A DNA stretch of 64,000 nucleotides from NCBI GenBank assembly GCA_964016885.1, contig OZ024743.1:106764001-106828000 (forward strand), written 5' to 3'. Below, piece by piece: positions 60,598 through 64,000 of this stretch (positions are counted from its first letter, which is position 1; each line of letters starts with the position of its first letter). The translations under genes were made by a program, and so were the position numbers. A model generated the notes under the pieces. That model ran no database searches, had not been told where the DNA came from, and worked only from the letters and a program-made list of their open reading frames with translations. The DNA is from Eledone cirrhosa (lineage: Eukaryota).

Positions 60598-63500
60598 ATC
60601 TTTATTAGCCACAAGACCGCACAAGAAAAGGGGACAAAACAAAGACATGCCGGAGATTTTACATACAATCGTGTAAAAGGTTTTAACATGAAAATATAAA
60701 ACAAACAATTATAACAATCGAAATTTCCAATAGCGGGGAGGCGCCACAAATCGCTTGTTCAATACCCCGTTGATAGAACAACACTCAACTTCAGGAGCGT
60801 GTTGTGCAAGTGCACCTTTCTTCCTTTTGCTCTCTTGCTCAACCTACAGGTTTATATACGGAGAAGGCCCAATCACTCGGGCCATTTTTGCCACATTCAC
60901 CCACCTTTCAGTAAATTTACTGGGGTGCAGTGCCTCTCTCTCCATTCTGATTCTCCTTCTAAAGTGGTATCTAAAGAAGGGAATGAGTTGTTGTCCGGAG
61001 AGAAAGGCATCTGTCATCAGTCCTCTCAACCTCGTCCACCATATATCACTTATTTCACCATAGCCACTATACAGAGGCAAACCGCCTCGCTTTCGTTTTT
61101 GAAAGAAATTGGTGGTTTGATCCTTACTATGGACTCGCCAGTCAACTGAATTTGTCCCATACGCGACAGCAGTTGTTCCGCGTAGTTCCACAGGTGGGTT
61201 ACGCCCGGGCAGTGTACAATTGCGTGCAGGGCGGTTTCATTGTCCTGCGCGTATATTGGACACGTCCTCTTGGAAGGATCCCTGCCGGGGCCTCCGTGCC
61301 TGTAGATCTTGTCATGAACTGATAGAGCTCCTCGGTAGCACTGCCAGGCCAGGCACCTCTGGAAGTTGTCCATAGGTCCCGGGCGGAAATTCCTACCAAA
61401 CAGAATGTTGAGCTCATCGTCTTCGACGCCCAGAGTCTCTCCGAGCACGTCATCGCCCTTGTAACGTACAATCCCTCTATAGAATGTCGAAGTGGAGTCT
61501 CCACTGATTGCTGTACCCGCTTACCAGAGGATTGTGAGCGCCTGAGCGCATTCAATGTGCCAGGCGCCCATGGTTTTCGGTCTTTTCTTGACCCAAGACT
61601 GCAGCTCCGTCAGCGAAACGAGCTGCGGGAAAACCTGTCATACAAACGGTTCTCACACCGGTTGGGGGTCGGTGAGTAATACCTGGAAATGCCACAGCCT
61701 CAGCGCATGTTTGCGTATCATCAGCCACAGCATTCCCAGCCCTCCGTTGGAAGGGTGCTGACAGCTGATGGATCTCCTCACCAGCCGAGCCTGCTTCTTC
61801 CACAGAAACTGGAAGAGCATGCGTTCCATCTTGGCGAGGTGTTCACGGGGACAAGGCACGACAGTCAAGCGGTAGTAGAGGACGGACGCTATTATAGTGT
61901 TCGCCACCTCAGCTCGACCTTTCAAGGACAGCTTGCAATCTGCCCACTTCTGGGTGAACGCAAACACCTTGGCTGTGACCTCATTCCAATTTTTCGCCAC
62001 CTGGAGGTCTGGACCGAACCAGACCCCGAGCAATTTCAGCGGTCCGTCCGTCCAGCGCCCAACGACGCTGTCGGGGGTCATTGGTTTGCTGGTTTGCCTC
62101 TCCAAGTACCGAGTTGCAAACCGAGAGACTTGTACAGGTGTAGTTTTGCTACCGTCAGCGTTTCTTATTCTTTGAGTAAGTTGCCGATCACCCCGATTTC
62201 CAAGGTGCTTCACACCATTACCGTCACGTCGTCGGCATAAGCCGACACCGCTTTGCGCAGTCCCGGTTCTAGAGGGATGCCCTGCAACAGCTCCAATTTC
62301 AGCAGTATTGGCTCTTGAGTCAATACATACAGAATGGAGGAGAGAGGGCATCCCTGCGAATGGAACGCGTGATTGCGAACGACTCCGATAGGTGGCCGTT
62401 CACCTTGACCCCCGAGCAGATGCTGGTGTGCATCGCCTCGATCCAGCCTCTGAAAACGGGACTGAAACAGGCCGCCTTGAGAACCGCTTCCAAGTATCGA
62501 TGGTCGACCCTATCGAATGCTTTAGACTGATCCAAATTGATCAGAACCCCACCGAAGCAGTGTTTACTAACCACCCTCTAGATGATGTTTCGCATGAGGT
62601 GGAAGTTGTCGTGTATGGACCTGGTTGGGATTGCACACGTTTGCGCTTTCCCTACCAGGTTCTCGACGACATGCGCCAACCTCGTCACTAGCATCTTGGC
62701 CAAAATCTTTAACTCTGTGTTGATCAGAGTTATGGGCCTGAAGTTGTTAATTTCGTCCCCTTCGTTCTCGTCTTTCCTGATCAGCGTTACTACGTCCTTG
62801 CCTGCATAAATGGGAATTCTCCCGTACTGCTACTAATTACTACTGCAATAGACGGCTTCGAGGTCGCCAGAGAACAAGTCCGGCATGCCTATGTAAAACT
62901 CATAGGGTAGACCATCTAGACCGGGTGACTTGCGTTTCTCGTAGTGGCCCAGAGCGTCCCGTATCTCAGTGTGCGTGATCGGTCTTTCGCAGAAATCGGC
63001 GTCCGTGTTCGAGAGTCGCGGTAGGCCGTCGAGGTATGAACTAAAGTCCATTGCCCCGTTCGGCTCACCGTCGTTCTGCTCAAACAGTCATGCATAGTGT
63101 TGCTGAAAGGCCGCGCACATTTGCTTTGGGTAAAGTAGCACACGTCGTTTCGGTTTTTCAAAGACCGAATCGTGGACTTGTTGCCACTTTTTGCCTCCGC
63201 CACTCGGGCCCAATTGACAGCTTTCGCTCCTTCGTTTCCTAGAGCATGTATTTTTCTTCTGACCACGCAGCCGTCGTGTTTCCCGTCGAAGAACTGGTCC
63301 AGTGCCGTTCTCAACGCTAACACTCTAGCCGCGTTGCCACTTCTAATTGCCTCCTCTACCTTGGCTACTAGTTATCTTTCTATTTTGTTTTTCTCTAAGG
63401 CTAACTCTCTGCTAAACGCTATCGATTATACTCTAATTGCTTTTTTGAGAGAGTACCACCATCTATTGTTGACGATGGTTCACGTTAACTCTTGCTTGAC

Positions 63501-64000
63501 TAGTCTACTTATCCATTCACTGTAAGCTTTACGTGCCGGCAACGACACGTTCAGCTTCCAGTATCCGGGTCCCTGTCTATGTGTTCTATCACGGTTGACT
63601 ATGCAGACGACTAGTTTGTGATCTGAATAGGCAACCATGTCCATTCGTGGACAGCTTAACATCTCCTTGTCCCTTTCTCTAATGGAGAACCTATCTAGAT
63701 ACGATCTAGATGTCCCGCTGCGGTTTGCCCACGTCCACTGTGCTGCAGTCGGGAAATCCAGTTGGAATTGGCCGATTAAAGTTTTGAGGCTGTTGCACCC
63801 TCCTCTACTGGGACATGATCCTACATAGTCCCATCGTGCATCTAGAATACCATTCCAGTCCTCCACTAAAAGCAAGGAGCGAGACGTTCCCAGAAAATAC
63901 TCTAGAAGCTTGAAGATGTCTGGCCGCGATTGCCCTGTGGGGGCATAAACGGCCACCAGTCTCAAGGCTCCACCTCCAAGACTGTTCATGTCTAGGACTA
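60598..64000 (-). pseudogene. Tx1/L1-clade LINE ORF2 (APE endonuclease, RT, CCHC-like domain), disrupted; continues beyond window
   Basis: LVAVYAP, WTW..SRSYLDRF, YSDHKLV, GPGYWKLN, KSPGLDGLPYEFY, FRPITLINTELKILAK, LDQSKAFDRVDH.YL, AYADDVT, LSLKGRA, CP....NETALHAIVHCP. The 3' UTR has AATAAA at ~60601. Confidence 0.93.

Noticed and set aside
60755-63828. Plus-strand ORFs overlapping the LINE
   Set aside because: Antisense shadows of the GC-richer LINE ORF2.

Overview
AT-rich, gene-poor eukaryotic DNA made almost entirely of microsatellites and transposable-element debris. The SINE family, the Penelope/Dong/RTE/Tx1 mix and the (TA)n/(CA)n load suggest an octopus-type (coleoid cephalopod) genome; this is inference. 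No host protein-coding exon could be supported, and nearly all ORFs in the track are microsatellite artefacts. Real coding remnants are several Penelope-like elements (PLEs, including two Naiad-type), a Tx1/L1-clade LINE at 60.6-64 kb, and RTE and Dong/R4 fragments. Also present are many tRNA-derived SINEs and non-autonomous Helitrons. The most striking signal is 12 type I hammerhead ribozymes with intact CUGANGA...GAAA...NUH cores, in 5 unrelated sequence contexts, plus several degenerate or half ribozymes. Most sit in elements inserted into (TA)n as head-to-head fold-backs, with the ribozyme-sense strand pointing outward on both arms. Several are small non-coding, terminally redundant (retrozyme-like) units. 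In two cases the fold-back apex lies in ribozyme stem II. All coordinates were read by eye and may be off by a few bases.
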